A stretch of DNA of 64,000 nt from the human T2T-CHM13v2.0 reference genome, Homo sapiens: the NCBI RefSeq assembly GCF_009914755.1, contig NC_060948.1; one strand, given 5' to 3'. The notes under the pieces are model-generated. The model was not told where the DNA came from. It worked only from the letters and a program-made list of their open reading frames with translations, and did not search any database. Position numbers and translations under genes: made by a program. Below are positions 22,480-38,320 of the stretch, one piece after another (position 1 is the first letter of the stretch; each line of letters starts with the position of its first letter).

Positions 22480-25042
22480 ATGCGCCCTGAGGGCTCGCTG
22501 ACCTACCGGGTGCCAGAGAGGCTGCGGCAGGGTTTCTGTGGCGTGGGTCGGGCAGCACAGGCCTTGGTGTGTGCGAGTGCCAAGGAGGGCACCGCCTTCA
22601 GGATGGAGGCTGTACAGGAGGGGGCGGCCGGGGTGGAGAGTGAGCAGGCGGCTTTGGGGGAGGAGGCGGTGCTGCTGTTGGATGACATAATGGCGGAGGT
22701 GGAGGTGGTGGCGGAGGAGGAGGGCCTCGTGGAGCGGCGGGAGGAGGCCCAGCGGGCACAGCAGGCTGTGCCTGGCCCTGGGCCCATGACCCCAGAGTCT
22801 GCACTGGAGGAGCTGCTGGCCGTTCAGGTGGAGCTGGAGCCGGTTAATGCCCAAGCCAGGAAGGCCTTTTCTCGGCAGCGGGAAAAGATGGAGCGGAGGC
22901 GCAAGCCCCAGCTAGACCGCAGAGGCGCCGTCATCCAGAGCGTCCCTGGCTTCTGGGCCAATGTTGTATCCTTCTCAGTGTTTCTTCGGCCTTTCTAGTG
23001 GAGAGGTGCTCTCGGGGAAGTGTAAGTGACCGATGGGCAGCTCGGCGTCGATGTGACTCTTTGGGGAACAAAGGGGAGTTGCCACGGACCAATGTGGCTG
23101 TGGAAAGCCGGAGCAGGCGTGGGTACTATTGTCCTGCATGCGGCAGAGAAACCCTTGGTGATGCCGAGCAGCAGACGTTTGGGGCATCTTTTTGAAGAGC
23201 AGAAGCGAGTTCAGAGCGGAAGAGGTTTTTCAGTGAATGAAGCTATTTTTAAGGGAGTGTGATTGCTGCCCCTTGCTAGTCCGATCTGGGACTGGGCGTC
23301 TTCGGCTATAAGCAGATTCTGCCACTCCTCAGACACCAGCAAGTCTCTGCAAATCGCGCCTCCCCATGTCAGTGCAGTCAGCCTCAGAATCATACACCCT
23401 CTGTGAACACAGGAGGCCTTAGTTTACGGGGACGGGGAGGCGAAAGGAGATCATACATGGAAGCAGATCTGAGAAATCCCCTACCCCAGCCTCTGGGTGC
23501 TCTTAGGCCTTCTTCCCTGTTGCTCCTCGCTTTCCCTTCCATCGTGTGTAAAGTCTCTTTGACCTAAATCAGATTGCAAACCACCCCCAGATGTCAGCCC
23601 TGATCACTGACGAAGATGAAGACATGCTGAGCTACATGGTCAGCCTGGAGGTGAGGCCAGGAAGACTGGGGCTAGAGGGTTTAGCGGGGGAGGGTAAGGG
23701 AAATAATTCATTCCTGTAAGCAAGAGTGAGCACCTCACCCGAAAACCTATCTAAGCTTTCTCCACCTTGTCCTGACAGGTGGAAGAAGAGAAGCATCCTG
23801 TTCATCTCTGCAAGATCATGTTGTTCTTTCGGAGTAACCCCTACTTCCAGAATAAAGTGATTACCAAGGAATATCTGGTGAACATCACAGGTGACAGGTG
23901 GCTCCCAGGATGGGTAGTGGAAGGAAGATGGTGGGTGGATCATTGCCAACGGGATCCAGCCCCCTTCCCACAAAAACTCCTGTCTCTGTAGAATACAGGG
24001 CTTCTCATTCCACTCCAATTGAGTGGTATCCGGATTATGAAGTGGAGGCCTATCGCCGCAGACACCACAACAGCAGCCTTAACTTCTTCAACTGGTTCTC
24101 TGACCACAACTTCGCAGGATCTAACAAGATTGCTGAGGTGAGTCCTCACTGGGAAACATGAGGAATGACCCCGTGTGTTCCCAGCTGCTTGGGTCACCTT
24201 TCTGAGCCCTGATGAGGCCTTTCCCGATTGAGTCCCCTGACAGATCCTATGTAAGGACCTGTGGCGCAATCCCCTGCAATACTACAAGAGGATGAAGCCA
24301 CCTGAAGAGGGAACAGAGACGTCAGGTGAGCCGTTAGTTGGCACTGGAGCTGTTTGATGCCCAGTATAAGGGGGTTGACACACCTGCCTATTCAGGGAGC
24401 CTGGGTGCTCATTTCAGAAATGTAGAAATTGAGGCTCCTTTCGTACATGTAGAAATTCCTTGAGAGGAAGACAGAGAGTGACAGAATCCAGGACGTTCAT
24501 GGCATTGGGCTGAAAAGGCACGTTAGAGACTGCACTGCAAAGCGGGTGATAGCTGTGGAGTCTTAAGCCCAGTGAAGAATCGTCCATTTCCAGAATCAAT
24601 GAGAAGTAAAGCTGAAAATCATTCAGTTCAGTCTGTGGCACTTGATTCCACGGCTGTCAACCCCACCGGCAGTCATCCCGCCAACCCCATGAGATTGGGC
24701 TCCCTGAATGTGCGTCCTGGTCATCCTTGCCCCAAACCACAAAGGACTGTTTAGATTGATGGATTTCCTTAAGCTGTTGCCCCATCAGACTTGTGTGTGC
24801 TTTTAGGGCCCAGTGCATCTTGTTAGCTGACTCCCCTCACAGACAATACTGGGAATGGGGCAGGGATTGCGCAGAACAGTTTGTAACACGTGGTAGGAGG
24901 AAGTTTAAGGGATCACAAATGGGGAAGGGATATCCTTTTCTCAGCGGGCCCCACAATTGAAACATTTCAAAGTATGGCTCAGAGAAAATGCGTTTTAACA
25001 TGAGTTTGTGTTTCTCTAGGGGACTCCCAGTTGTTGAGTTGA
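22480..25042 (+). CDS. TSPY: TSPY copy 2, 308 aa; exons 22480-22965, 23573-23650, 23779-23890, 23992-24137, 24244-24325, 25020-25042
   Basis: Same structure as copy 1 without the 18-bp duplication; splice sites and reading frame intact. Confidence 0.96.
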
Positions 25043-28000
25043 ATATGATGGAGCATCAGATTTTACCTAATACAGCAGAACTCCTAAAAAGTTACAGCCA
25101 TATGCAGGACGGCAGTACTCAGCATGGTCTTATGCACAGGAACTAAAGGAAAAAGAGATCGAGTCACAAAAATTCAGGAAGAGGGGGTAAATGTGGATTG
25201 TATGGAATGAAAAATAAACATTCTCAAGGATGTGTGACTCTGTGTCTGTGTGTGTGTGTGTGTGTCTTTGTGTTTGTGTGTGTGTGTGTGTGTGTGTATG
25301 TTTATCCACTTTATTCGGGTGTCATAATGAATTGATCAATCCACGTGCTTTATTCTCTTCATGGAAATAACCAGTCTGCGTTGGAGCTGGGCCTCTAAAG
25401 TTGTAGAGTGAATGGGTGTGGGATGTGTTGGGATTCTTCCTACAGGACAGAGTGGGAGAGGTAAAAGCAAAAGACAGCTTAGTTGGAGGCTGACTTCGTC
25501 CTGTGGAAGCAGAGATAGTTCAAGGAAAGGGGTTACTGGGTTTCCAGGGCCCAGTTTGCTGGGACCTCCAAAATCCTTCATTTTGGGTATCATCATACAC
25601 AGTAGCTAAGCACAGGATGATGGAAATCTTAAAGTTCGCTTTCGTGTTGAATCCACATGTTCTTTTAAAGGTGAATGCATGATCCTTTTCTGGGACAATC
25701 AGCCTCTCAGGACTTCTGAAACATCAACGTGAGAAGAAATGGGCATGTAAGGTGTATGGAGGGACTGTGGGAAAGGTGACAGAGGCATGTGGGAAGGCAT
25801 TCAGGATACGCTTTTGGCATAGATGACTAAGGGAAAACAGAAACTTACAGAAGTGAGGGGAAAGGGGGTGGATTAGTGGAATATAAGATTGTTGGAGAAT
25901 CCATCCATGGACTCTCTTGTCACTTGATGACCCAGGATATGGACACTCTTGTTGATGTTTACATCTTTAGTTGTTTTAAGCTTTTCTCCAAGATTCTGTG
26001 TTAGGTGAGGAGCCAATAACGTATGTAGCTAACAACAGTACGAGTGCATTTTGTGCTCTTGCAAAGTCTAGTGAGGCTCTATTCTCCCTCGTGATTGGCA
26101 CTGCAGATTGTATCTGGAGCCCAGGGCCCCTAAATTTTCTGTGGCCTCTTCAGCATAGTTTGCCTAAGGTTTAGAACGTAAAGCGAATATAGTTGCGGAA
26201 TATGTTTTGCAAGCCTCACACAGGAGGACAAAACATACAGCTTTCATTCGCGAGTGGGAGGCTGCTTCCCAGGAACACGTGTGTCTGCACAAGACAAGGG
26301 GTTGCCTCTGTCAAGGATGGGGCAGGAGGATTTCAGTGTCGGAGGCAGAACTTTCTTTCCTGTTCCCAGATGAAACAGTTCCAACACGAGCATCCATGTT
26401 GACCACACGCTACTAGAGTGCTAACATTGCTGTCCCGTATAGACTCTGGTCAGCACAGCTTCTGTGAGAAGAGCTATGTTGTTTCAGGGAAGAGGGTTTG
26501 ACAGTCAAAGTTCCTGAATCTGTTGTGGTGCCTGCAATATGCATTCTACACCTCCTGCTCGGTGTCAAAGCAGTTGAGCTTTGAAAATCTATCGCCTGGT
26601 TTTGTCCCTGCTCCTATGCAGACCTCTGAAGCTCTGGAGCGGGAGTCTTGTCCTCCTCTGACTACCGTCCCCCTGACCCACAAACACAGGAGAAACAGGT
26701 GTTCTAAGCAAATTATTCTGAAAACAGTCGGAACACTTTGGCCCCCTCAAGCTGCCCTCTATCCTACTGTGTGCATGTCAAAGACACTGTGGTCCAGTAC
26801 GGTATCCCTATAGCGGCAATGGGGCAACAGATTGGTGTGTGCACTCTGGGCAACTCAGATTAGGAAACGTCTGGGGACTTGCCTATAACGAGGTCGTCTT
26901 AAAACGTGTTGCCCCAAATTTAAGGCATAGGAAAATGTTGAGGAAAGGGTCTTGCAATGATTTTTCTAGGAGGTAAATAGATAAGAAAATGACCGTAAAT
27001 AGATGCCAGGGCTAGTTTTGGAGCTAGCCTGTTTTAAAGTGGTGGTAGGGGAGGAGCTTTTTCCAAGGCAGGTAGCAAACCAGGAACTGTCTACGATGGA
27101 TGGGTGTGCCACGGGTTGGTGGCTCAGCCATATTGCCACCCCACCGAGTGAATGCAGCAGACTGGGCTTCTTCCTTGAATCCTACGTGCAATTCAGTCTA
27201 GTGATTTCACATGAGATCCCTTCTTCTGGTATTATCACAGATCGTGCTGAATTATACAGGCTGTGTAATGCTTCTTCCACTGAATATCCGTGCACGTGGG
27301 CCACAGATGCTAAGGGCACTGACAAATTTGCACCGTGCCTCAGTAACTCGGAAGCACATCTGTGATTTGTACCGACAGGGACTTGGTGTCTTTTCGTGTT
27401 TAAAGTAGCACGTGTGTGTTTGTGGTTGCGTATGTTTATTTCTCTGTGCGGGTTTGTATATTTTCTCTGACTCCACCTGTGTCTCCGTGGTTCCGATATT
27501 TTTCCACACTCCCTGCGACAATTTGCACATGCCTATCTCTACAACCATTGTAGACTTTGTATCTGTGTCTTTGAACATCTGTCACTCTCTCTCCCTTCCT
27601 TTTTTCTTTTCCTTCCTTTACACCCCTTTCATCCTTCCCTTGCTTCCCCACCACACTCTCTCCATCTGTATCGTCTATCTTTCTATTCTCTATCTGGGTT
27701 TACTTTCTAATTCTGAATTCAAGGGCATTGAATTGAAAAGAAGCACTCTTCGTACTTTTATGTGTTTTAACTCATTTGGGGAATTTGGCGTGGTATTATT
27801 TACAGGGTTCTCTCTGCCCTTTCTCATTGTTCTCCCCAGCCGGGGCTGTTATTATGTGAAAGCTGGTTTCCTTCATCACATCGCGTAGGCTCTAATGATG
27901 TTTCGTTTATTTTGATTCTCCTCACACTACATAGTTTTAATTTACCTAATGTGACTGTTTTTTTGTTTGTTTTCCGAGAATGGGTCTTACTCTGTCTTCT

Positions 28001-28691
28001 AGGTTGGACAGCAGCCCCACGATCTCAGCCCACTGCAGCCCAGGCACCACACACCCATGTGATCCTGTCAACTCAGACTCTCACACACCTGGCAGTACAG
28101 GTGCATGCCACCCCTCCAAGCTATGTATTAATTAACTAAATACTTACTTTTTGAATGTGGGTCCATGTTGCCCCAGGCTCATCTGGAACTCCTGAGTGCA
28201 GGCAATCCTCCCACCTCAGCTTATCAAAGTGCTGGGATGACAGGTGTGACCCATGGCCCTGCCATGGCTTTGTGTTTTTTGCTTTTTTCTTCCTCCTCCT
28301 CACGTCTTGTTTTGAAACATGCACTGAAGGTTTCAATTCATGGACTATAGTCTCTGTGCCTGGAATTTCTATCTTTCAACTCATCATCAGCATTCATTGG
28401 GATTTTCATATATATATACACCTATATAAGAATACCTATGTACACACATATATACGTATATACATGTATATACGTATATATGCACATTTATATACGTATA
28501 TACATGTATATACGTATATATATACATGTACACATATGTATTTATTTCTCAAGTTACGAAACGGCTTGCATTCTTTCCTGTGTCATGAAAAAGACTTTGC
28601 TAGAAAAGAAAAGCACTGCTTTATAATAAAATATTTTATTTGCATTTATTTTGTTAAGGCATTTTAAAAATTGTATGTTTGTTTAAAAAAT

Positions 28692-30431
28692 GTCATATGA
28701 AATGATACATATTTACAACTTAAGGCGTGATGTTCAACAGGTCATATACATTATGCATTGGATACATCCAGCCAATCAACATATGTGTGACCTCACATAG
28801 TTGTCATTTTTGTTGTGAAAAAACTTGACCTGCACTGTATTCGAATATTTTTAGAGAAAGAATATGTTACCACTAGTTATAGTGAGCATGCTGAAGAAAA
28901 TATTTTTAACCTATTCCTCCTTTATAACTAGAAGTATGAGTTCTTCATCCAGCATCTCGTCAGTGCACCCTCTTCACCGCAGTCATTGGAGTCACTACTT
29001 CTGTGAAGTCCGCTTTTTTGATTTCATATAAGAATGAGATCATGTGCTATTTTCCTTTCTGATACCTGGCTTATGTCACTTAACAGAATGGCATGCACAC
29101 ATTCAGCAGATTCCCACACATTCTCACAACTGGCAGGATTTCCTGATTTCTTATTGCAGCGCATATTTCCGTTGCGCATATGCGTTTTTGCCCCATTTTT
29201 TAATCCACTTATCAATGGAGGGACACTCAGGTTGCTTCCGCATTTTGGCTACAGCAAAAATGTAATGAGTGCAGCAATAATTGCATGGGTGCGCGCACCG
29301 CTTCAACATACTGATCTGTGTACTGGCGGGCGTGCCCGGGTATTCTGATTTGCTGGATCATATAGTGGGTGGTTCTACTTGTAGATTTCTGAAGGCTGTT
29401 TATACTTAAATAAGAGCCATAAAGCTTCTTTAATGCCAGCACTAATTTACATTCTCCCCAAAAGTGAGCAGGGAATTCGTTTTCTCTGCCTCCTCACCAG
29501 AGATTAGGGTTTTCTTTTCTTTCTTTTTTTTTTTTTGTTTGTTTGTCTTTCGGATAATATGCATTCTGACTGAAGTGAGAAGAAATCTCATTGTGTTTTT
29601 GATTTGCATTTTCGTGATGGATTGGGGATAATGAGGAATTTTTAGTGTGTCTTCTGGGCAACTGTATGTCTCAGTTTCACAAATGAGTCTTCGCAGCCTT
29701 CGCCCATTTGTTTTCATGCTATTGAGTTGTTGGGAGTTCCTTATGTACTGTGACTATTCCCCCATGAACAGATGTATGGTGATCCAATCATTGCTCCCAT
29801 CCTGTAGGATGCCCCTTCTGTATGTTGAGTTTTCTATGGTGTGGTGAAGCACTTTAGTTTGATATGATTCCATTCTCTATTTTTGATGGTGTTTACTGTG
29901 TTCTTGCAGTCACTTTGAGACCATCATTGCACACACGGACGCCATGGAGCTTCTTCCTTGTGATCTCTTCTGCTATTTTTATCGTTTCACATCTGACACT
30001 GGAGTTTGGTGATAAATAATCCACTTGTAAAATCCTTTGTGTGGCTATTCAGATTTCCCCAACCTAGTTTATAGAAGATACTTGATTTTGCATTGGGCGT
30101 TCTTGCTTCTTTGGGAAAAGGCTGTGAGCTGCAAATGCAGTGACTTAGTTCTGGGCTCCTGTTGTTTTTCCTAAGCTCTAGTCTCTGCTTTTCTGCCAGT
30201 GCTATTGTATTTTGGTACAAAAAGTTTTGTAGTAGTATATCATGAAGTTAGGTAGTGGGGTGGCTCCAGCTTTGTGCTTTTTACTGGATTGCTCTGGGTT
30301 TTCAGGATCTTCTGCCATTTCATAGCAAATTTGGGATTCCCAGATTGTTTTCTAAGAAGAATGTGTCATTGATATTTTTAAAGGGGTTGTATAGAATCTG
30401 AGGATGACTCAGGTAGTAGTGATGTCAATGC
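28692..30431 (-). mobile_element. Old L1 fragment (unit 2 copy)
   Basis: Homolog of 8410-10150. Confidence 0.8.
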
Positions 30432-30475
30432 CGTTTAGACAATGTGCGTGTTTGTGTGCACATGCTCAGGGCCAA

Positions 30476-31921
30476 GAGACACTGGGTGTCCTCACCAATA
30501 CTGAGGTGGGCCTTAATATCCAGCCAGATTGCCTTCTGGAAACACACGGAATGTCCTGTTCTGTTTTGCCATCTCTTCACATTTCCTCCCCTGTGAGCCC
30601 TGTGTGGTCCTCCAGATTCCCTGTGCGGTGGCCTGCCTTTTTTGGGGTGGGGAGTTGCTGGGTGAATGAGGATGGCGGAGGGAACCAAGCATGTCAGTGG
30701 AGCGTGGTGTCATCCAAACGGTACTTAGCAGGCCTGGGAGAGTCATTCTGGGAGGACGCAGACCTAGAGAGGCCTCAGGTGGGCATCTGTGTGGAGGGTG
30801 AGAGATCCCTGGTTGAGCCCAAACTGAACCCCAGGTAGAAGCAAGCCTCAGGACAGGGAAGTAGCTAGCAAGGGATGATGAGGCAGCTATCTCTTGACCC
30901 TGGCTTCCCACCCATTGACCTTAGCTACTTATGCCTATTAAGCAGATTACGGTTCCCCCATCGTGAAATGTGGGTACCACAGTTCCCTGATGGGCATTTC
31001 TCCACCAGCCCATGATGGCCTGAGTTTCCTTACTGCAGTCTCCTCCCTGAGCCTTGGCTTCTCTATGTGTGTCCTAACTCCAGGACCCACAGGCCTGTCA
31101 ACCCCCAGCCCTGGGCTGCTTCCCTGGCCTCTTCTCTGTTCCCTCTCTGAGGGCCTAACTCCCTTGGGTAGTGCTGCAGAATATAGAGCCACAGGCCCTG
31201 GCTGATGATCTGGTGGACTGGGCAAATTGGTCGTGACAGGTCAGGTTCTGGTTCAAAGCCAATTCCTCCGATGCCAAGGCATGTCGAAGAAGGTCCTTTG
31301 CCATGATGTCCCATAGCTGTCCCACCTCAGCAATCGTGCCGTAACCTGGGCCCTCACAGTCAGACAACCAGCTGAAGAAGCTCAGGCAGTGACCTGCGGG
31401 AAACTCGGGCTTTCACCTGCATGACCCTAGAACCACTGGACTGCAGTGGAGCCAGTCGCCCTGTATCCTGGAGGGAGACGAGTCAGGAAGGCGCACGCCA
31501 GGCCCAGCTCCCGAGGTACTACCCCCTCTACTCCTCAGGGAGGATGCCAACGCAATACTCCTTAGTCATCACTTTGTTTCCGAAGTAAATGTTGTGATGA
31601 AAGGCAAACTTCTTCCTACCCCTTGTATTCAGGGTGGCCGAGTTCCTCCACCTGCCTGTCCAAGAAGGAGAAACAGGGCTGTGAAGGGGCAATTTCATCT
31701 AGGTGGGCTGAGGTGGCACTCTAGCCGGGGTGAAGCATGCGTTTCCCCTTCCCAGCTTTCCCGCTGAGACACACCTGAGCCCCAGAAGGACCTCAACCTG
31801 ACCAGGACCTTAGCACCCTCCCCCAGACCCAGGCTTTCCATCCTGACCTGCAAATCCAACATGCAGCTTTGAAGGACTTTCTCATGGTTTCTGAGCTCCT
31901 TGCTCTCACCAGAAAGAATCA
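30476..31921 (-). pseudogene. Mid-unit inverted TSPY-paralog relic (unit 2)
   Basis: Homolog of 10195-11640. Confidence 0.8.
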
Positions 31922-34900
31922 GAACTTTTAAAGTGTTCTTTATGCCAACTTAAATTTTTCATTTTTACTACCTCATGTTTTGGATGAGGCATGTATTTTT
32001 AAATTTATTTTCACCCTTATTGTACCTCTATGATAAACTGCTTGCTTACATTCATACCGTAATTATCTCTCAGGTTACTTGTCTGTTCCTAAAGATTCAC
32101 TGAAACGAAGAATTCTATATATGCTTGTATCTTTCAGCAACCGTATGTCAGATAGCACTGCACATTACTGCAGACATCGCATATACAGGTCCAAAGGTAG
32201 AGGAAGAAGAAGAAAGCAAGCGTTAAACTCTATTCATTCCTAAAAGCATATCAGAAACTCACAAATAACAGTGAAATCAAAGAATGATCACAGCCAATTC
32301 CATTACATACCTAGACTGAAATACGAAACTTCAAAGAAAAGAAACATTAGAACTTTGGGTTTGTAAAAATTTTCCTATATAGATAAAATTATTGGTAACT
32401 GTGTCTCACTAGAAAACGTAAACAAAAATCCATGTTTTTCATATTTGTAAATATACATAGTTTTATTTCCATCAGTTATGACATGCAAGCAAGTAATAAA
32501 GTGAAAGTACAATCAAATGATATATGGAACTTCCTCAGTCTTAAAATATTCCATGGAGACTATCAATTTTATGAAAACTATAAAGAATGCTTCATGAAAC
32601 TACATTGTACAGTGCCATTTACTATTTTACTGACATTTTAAATAATCAACAATTAAAGGGAATACGTCAACATTATTTAATACCAATAACGTTATTTTTC
32701 TTGAGTAATCCTGTTGAAATTAAGGATTTTAAATAAAACATTAAAAACAAATTATATTGACTGATTTCAGCTTTGGATGAAATCATACTTGTGTATTTGT
32801 AGTAATGCGAAGCATAACTTTCTCCTCACAATTAATCTTTTATAACATCGGTGTTATAGTTTTCTCTGACACCAACATTGTGATATCGCACAGGTTTACT
32901 GCATGCATGCATTACATGCCTCCAGAGAGTAGGCTGCAAATATATGGAAAAATTATATTTATGAAAAAATTCTAGGAAAGGGAATGGTGAAATGGAAGAG
33001 AATTTCTCACTTGCTAACTGTTGGACATGGATTTGCATATATATTTGGATATAGACACATACTGGCACACTGTGAGTTTGCCCATGTATATATACACTTA
33101 TATGAGAAACCCATAATATATGGGTTGTGTAATCTTTTAATTAATCCATAATTGTATGTGTGTGAAATTAGATAAGCGGTTACCTTTTCTTTACTCAATT
33201 TGATGGAAAGCCAAAAAACTCTGTCCACCTTCATTTCAATTAATCCAATACTGTTAACTGCTGGTAGCTTCATTCTCCTTGTTCTCTTACGGCAACCGGA
33301 AAGTTAATTCTCGCTCTAATTTGGCTTTCAAGGTGCGATCAACAAGAGTGTCACCTTGCTGTGGATTGTGACCTCTGACTCCACCTCTGTCTTCCTTTTG
33401 CAGTCCTACCTTTGCATAGGTAACAAACTTTGTACATGGTTAAAAGGATAAAAGTTCAGTGAAATGTCAAGCCATGCTGTGAAATGTTCCATAGTTTCTA
33501 TATCTCTAATTGTCCTTTGATGTTATAGAGGCAAGAAAAATAATTCAATGTTTTTCTTAGTATCTAGTCCAATGCACTCTTTCTTCATAATACTGCAAAC
33601 AAGGCACTGACATGGAAACGTGGCTGGACGTCTCAAAATCTCTTCTCATTAATTACCATTATGTTAATCACTGTTGCCCACAACTGGAATTGGACTTTGA
33701 AATCCCCTGGTGGAAATTGCTATAATGGCTCAAACTACTGGAAAGACTATCTTTTTTTTACCTGAAAATATCTGATGAGCATAGACGTATGCTATATACA
33801 GGAACATATTGTACATTAACAACATACCATCACTGCCACTCAATAATAGGTATCCCAAACCTTTGAGCCAAACTGAGCTCGGGTGCTCCCACAAACCAAG
33901 CTTTTCCCTCCACAGATTTCTTATGTCAAAAAGCCACAACTCCAGGCCAGGCTTCGTGGCTCTTGTTGTAATTTCTACATTTTGGGAGGCCGAGGTTGGT
34001 GGGTCACTTGAGGTCAGGAGTTGGAGACCAGCATGGGCAACATGGCAAAAAGCTGTCTCTACCAAAAATACAAAAATTAGCCAGACCTAGTGGCACTTTC
34101 CTGTGGTCCCAGCTACTTGGGAGGCTGAGGCAGGAGAACCACCTGAACATGGGTGGCAGAGATTGTATAGTAAGCCAAGATCAGACTACTGCACTCCAGC
34201 CTGGATGACACAGCGAGACCATGACTGAAAAAAGAAAAAAAAAAAATAAAGGCAACTCCACTCGTCCACTGGCTTAGGTAAAAAGTACTGGAGTTGGCTG
34301 GGCTCGGTGGCTCACACCTGTATTCCCAGCACTTTGGATTTTGGGAAGCTGAGTCGGGCGGGTCACCTGAGATCTGTAGTAGGAGAGCAGCCTGGCCAAC
34401 ATGGTGAAGCCTGGCTTCTACTAAAAATACAAAACATTAGCTGAGCGTGGTGATGCATGCTTGTAATCCCAGCTACTGCAGAGGCTGAACCTGGGAGGCG
34501 GAGGATGTGTTGAGCTGAGATCCTGCCACTGCGCTCCAGCCTGGTCTACAGAGCGAGAGTACCCTGTGAGAAACAAAGGTGAAGAGAACAAGAAAAAAAA
34601 AATGAGAAAAATAAGACCCACTGCAAAAGGTTGCCACAGAAAAGATTAAACATTTCAGCAACTTCTATCTTCTGTCATGGAAGCCAAGGTTATTTGGACC
34701 AAACCTCCTGTCTTAGTTCATTTTCACGCTGCTGAAGAAGACATACCTGAAACTGGGAATAAAAGGAGGTTTAATTGGACTGACAGTTCCACATGGCTGT
34801 GGAGGCCTCAGAATCATGGTATACGAATAAAGGCACTTCTTACATGGCAATGCCAAGAGAGAATGAGGAAGAACCTGAGGCAGAAACCCCTGAAAAACCC

Positions 34901-37900
34901 ATCAGATCCCGTGAGACTTCTTCACTGTCACAAGAATAGCATGAGAAAGACCGACCCCCATGATTCAATTACCTCCCCCTGGGTCCCACCCGCAACACGA
35001 GGGAATTCTGGGAGATACAATTGAAGCTGAGATTTGAATGGAGACACACCAAACCATGTCACTTCCCAAACAATTAAAAATTCCCAATAGAAGAAGCATT
35101 AATTATATCAAAAAGTGGTGGACCAAGAAGGAACTATTAGCCTCATATCTCAAGAAAGACTCCAGTCAAGGCCTAGGGACTACTCATGAAAAGAGTTTAA
35201 TAGCCGACTCTCTCCCAGTGGATCTGGATTCCACCGGACTGTATCTTCACAGTAAGGGTGAAACAGAAGCAAACCCATTCCTATTTCCAAGCTCAAGGAA
35301 CTTTGGTCAAAGTTCTCTTGGAGCTGAGCAGAACAAGGAGGCAAACAGAAAAGATTTGTGTCCCTAAGAAGTCATGGCCACAGGCTGGCTATCACACAGA
35401 TTGTCAAGCCAGTTCCATATTGCATGGGTATTACAGAAAATCTCAAAACATAAATTTGTGTGTGGGTTGTCCCAGAGTAGCAGGATCTGGCAGAAGGAAA
35501 TTTCCTTCTAACCCTCAAAGAATCCACATAAATCTTGTTACATTTGGGATTTTACGATTTGCTTCAGGAATGAGAATGGCCTTAATTTTCATATCTTTTT
35601 CTACACTCAGTTTATGTCTTGTTGGCGTCAAAGTTCTGCTTGCTTCACACAATGAGTTTAGGATTTTCCCTTTTTTATTCTATAGAATTCTTCATATATA
35701 TTGAAATGCTCTGCCTGGGGAAAAAAATCTGAGCCTAGCGTTTTATCTCTAGGAAGAATCCTTTATTTCCTTGAACATTTATGAGACTATACAGATTATA
35801 TATGTCTTCTTGTATCAATTTTACTAAGCTATATACATAGCTTATGTTTATATATTATATATATAAATGTAAGATACAAATATAAAAATTATGTATAAAT
35901 ATGAAAATATATATAGAAAGCGATATATATGTCTATATATATAGACAGATTATAAATATCTGTCTATTTGACCTAAGTTTTCAAATTTGTAGGTTAAGGT
36001 GTTAACGATATTTCCTTATTAGCTTCTTAATCTATGCTGTATCTATGGTTGTGTACCTTTTAAATTCTTAGTTTTATCTATGTTTTCTCCCTTTTTTTCT
36101 AAACTTGACTGACGGTTGCATCACTTATTATATTTCTCCAACAAGCAAAGGTTAGCTTTGTATGTTTTACTAATTTTGTCTACATCATTATTCCCACACT
36201 TTAGTTTTTCAGAATTGATTCTGTTGTTTCTTTTCTAATTCTTTATTGAAATATCTAGTACATTAATTTTCAAGTTATTAGAGAAATATTTGTCTGTAAA
36301 CTCCTATTGTAATATCACTTTTCTTGCTACTCACAGATTTAATCTTTAATATTGGCGGTATCATTGAGTTCTAAGTACATTTCAATTCCTAGTATGATAA
36401 TCTATGAATTGCTGAGAAATAGTGTTTACAATTTTGTTGTTCTATTTCCACTTAAGTTTATTTTTACTTCTGCTAACTCAATTGAAAATTCTTTACTAAT
36501 TTTTAAAATCCTTGAACCCAAGAGATGGAGGTTGCAGTGAGCTGAGATCAGGCCACTGCATTCCAGACTGAGTGACAGAGTGGAACGAGATTTCAAAACA
36601 AAACAAAACAAAACAAAACAAAACAGTCACTGGAAAGATAATAAAATACATAAATGTGGGATGTAATATGTAATCGTGATAAAATAAACTGGATTTTTTG
36701 TATAAGTTATACATATAAATGTAATGCCAAGACACTGATAAGACAACTCATGGTCTTATCTCAATACTTAGTGTCTTCATGTAACATATGTCCTTTAGGA
36801 TAGTTATAGTCCGTTTTCTTTCCAGGAGAGACAGATGAGAATGCAGAAATGTTAAAGTGCAAGGGACGGAAGCTTCCAGCTGTGCCCACCTGTAACCTGA
36901 CGTAGACAGTTCCACCGTTTGCTTCATTAATCATGCCAAAGGCTCTAATGCAAATGTGGTACAGAGTCACATGTTTTTGTATCTACATGATAGAAACTAT
37001 AACTTCATCCCTATATAGAAGGGTATATAGCATATGCCTCAGTGATAAATATAAGTGAATCATTGATCAGTAGGAAACCATTTTAAAAGTCTTTCATAAC
37101 AGAACAAAATCCCTGAAAACATTTTCTTCTCAATCTCTGAGTTTTCTTACACGGCTTATGAATCTCTAGCCATACTAAAGAGATAGTATGCTGCTCTTCC
37201 CACAAATTATTCATTGTATATAATTCCTGTAATCTAATAACAGTACCTTTACACCTCAGGGTTTAAAATGACTCCAACCTTTTTCTGTTTCTCCAATTAA
37301 AATAACTTTTTTAAGGTTTAATCTTCAGTAATTTTTTGTAGTAATATTTTTGAAGGTATTTGACCAGGATGATTTGCTTATATACCTACCTGACGTCTCC
37401 CTTTCTTCTGAATACATATTTTATTACCCACCTATTAGATCTAAGTTTAAGAAGTTGGAATAGGGATTTAAATCTAAATTCTACATTTGAATTTACAGGA
37501 GTCAGCGAGTCCGGGAAGTGCCTTTATGCACAGACCAATATCTGGCAATGGCACTAGGAGACAAATAAGCTTTACCAGTCTCAAAGCCCTGGCTACTACA
37601 GTGAATCCACCCTTCTCCTGGATCTTATCTACTTCAGCAAAAGAAGGCCACCCACTAAACCAGGCCCTTGTACTTTGGGTGGAAACTCCTAAGTCCTCTA
37701 GTCTCCTCAAACAGACAGCCAGGCTGCCAATTTCCACAATAATAATTTCTATAGCACTGAGTCTTTGGTAGCCTTGTAACTATAGCTACTGATGCTACAG
37801 TCTGGTCCCTGTATGATAAAACACCAGAGCAACAGAAACAAAAATATTGACTGAAGCCTTCTAAAATCTCTCTAAATATACCTTCAATAAATATGGTTTT

Positions 37901-38283
37901 TTTTACAGAACGACTGCTTTCAGCTTCCTGAACTAACGCTTGGCCTTCGCTAGTTGTCACTGTTGAAATTGATTCAAAAGTGTACATTTAACATGAAAGT
38001 CAACACAGAATTTCATGTGTCAGCAACTAAAATTTTCAAAATGTTGCAAAATACAAATGTGAAACTGTATTTGTGAAATTTACCATTCATTGAAATTATA
38101 TTTTCATACCTACCCAGGCACAGAATTTTTTATAACTGTCTGCATGTTCTCCTCATGTGGGGGAAAAGCAGCATCAGCAGGCAGAGGAATCCTTTGAAGC
38201 TGGAGGGAGAGGTTGCAGTGATCTGAGAGTTTGCCACTTGACTGCAGCCTGGATGACACAGTGAGACTCCAACTGAAAAGAAA

Positions 38284-38320
<37 letters not shown>

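Noticed and set aside
37655-37987. 110-aa minus-strand ORF in units 2 and 3
   Set aside because: It is broken by a 1-bp homopolymer indel in unit 1 and has no recognisable domain.
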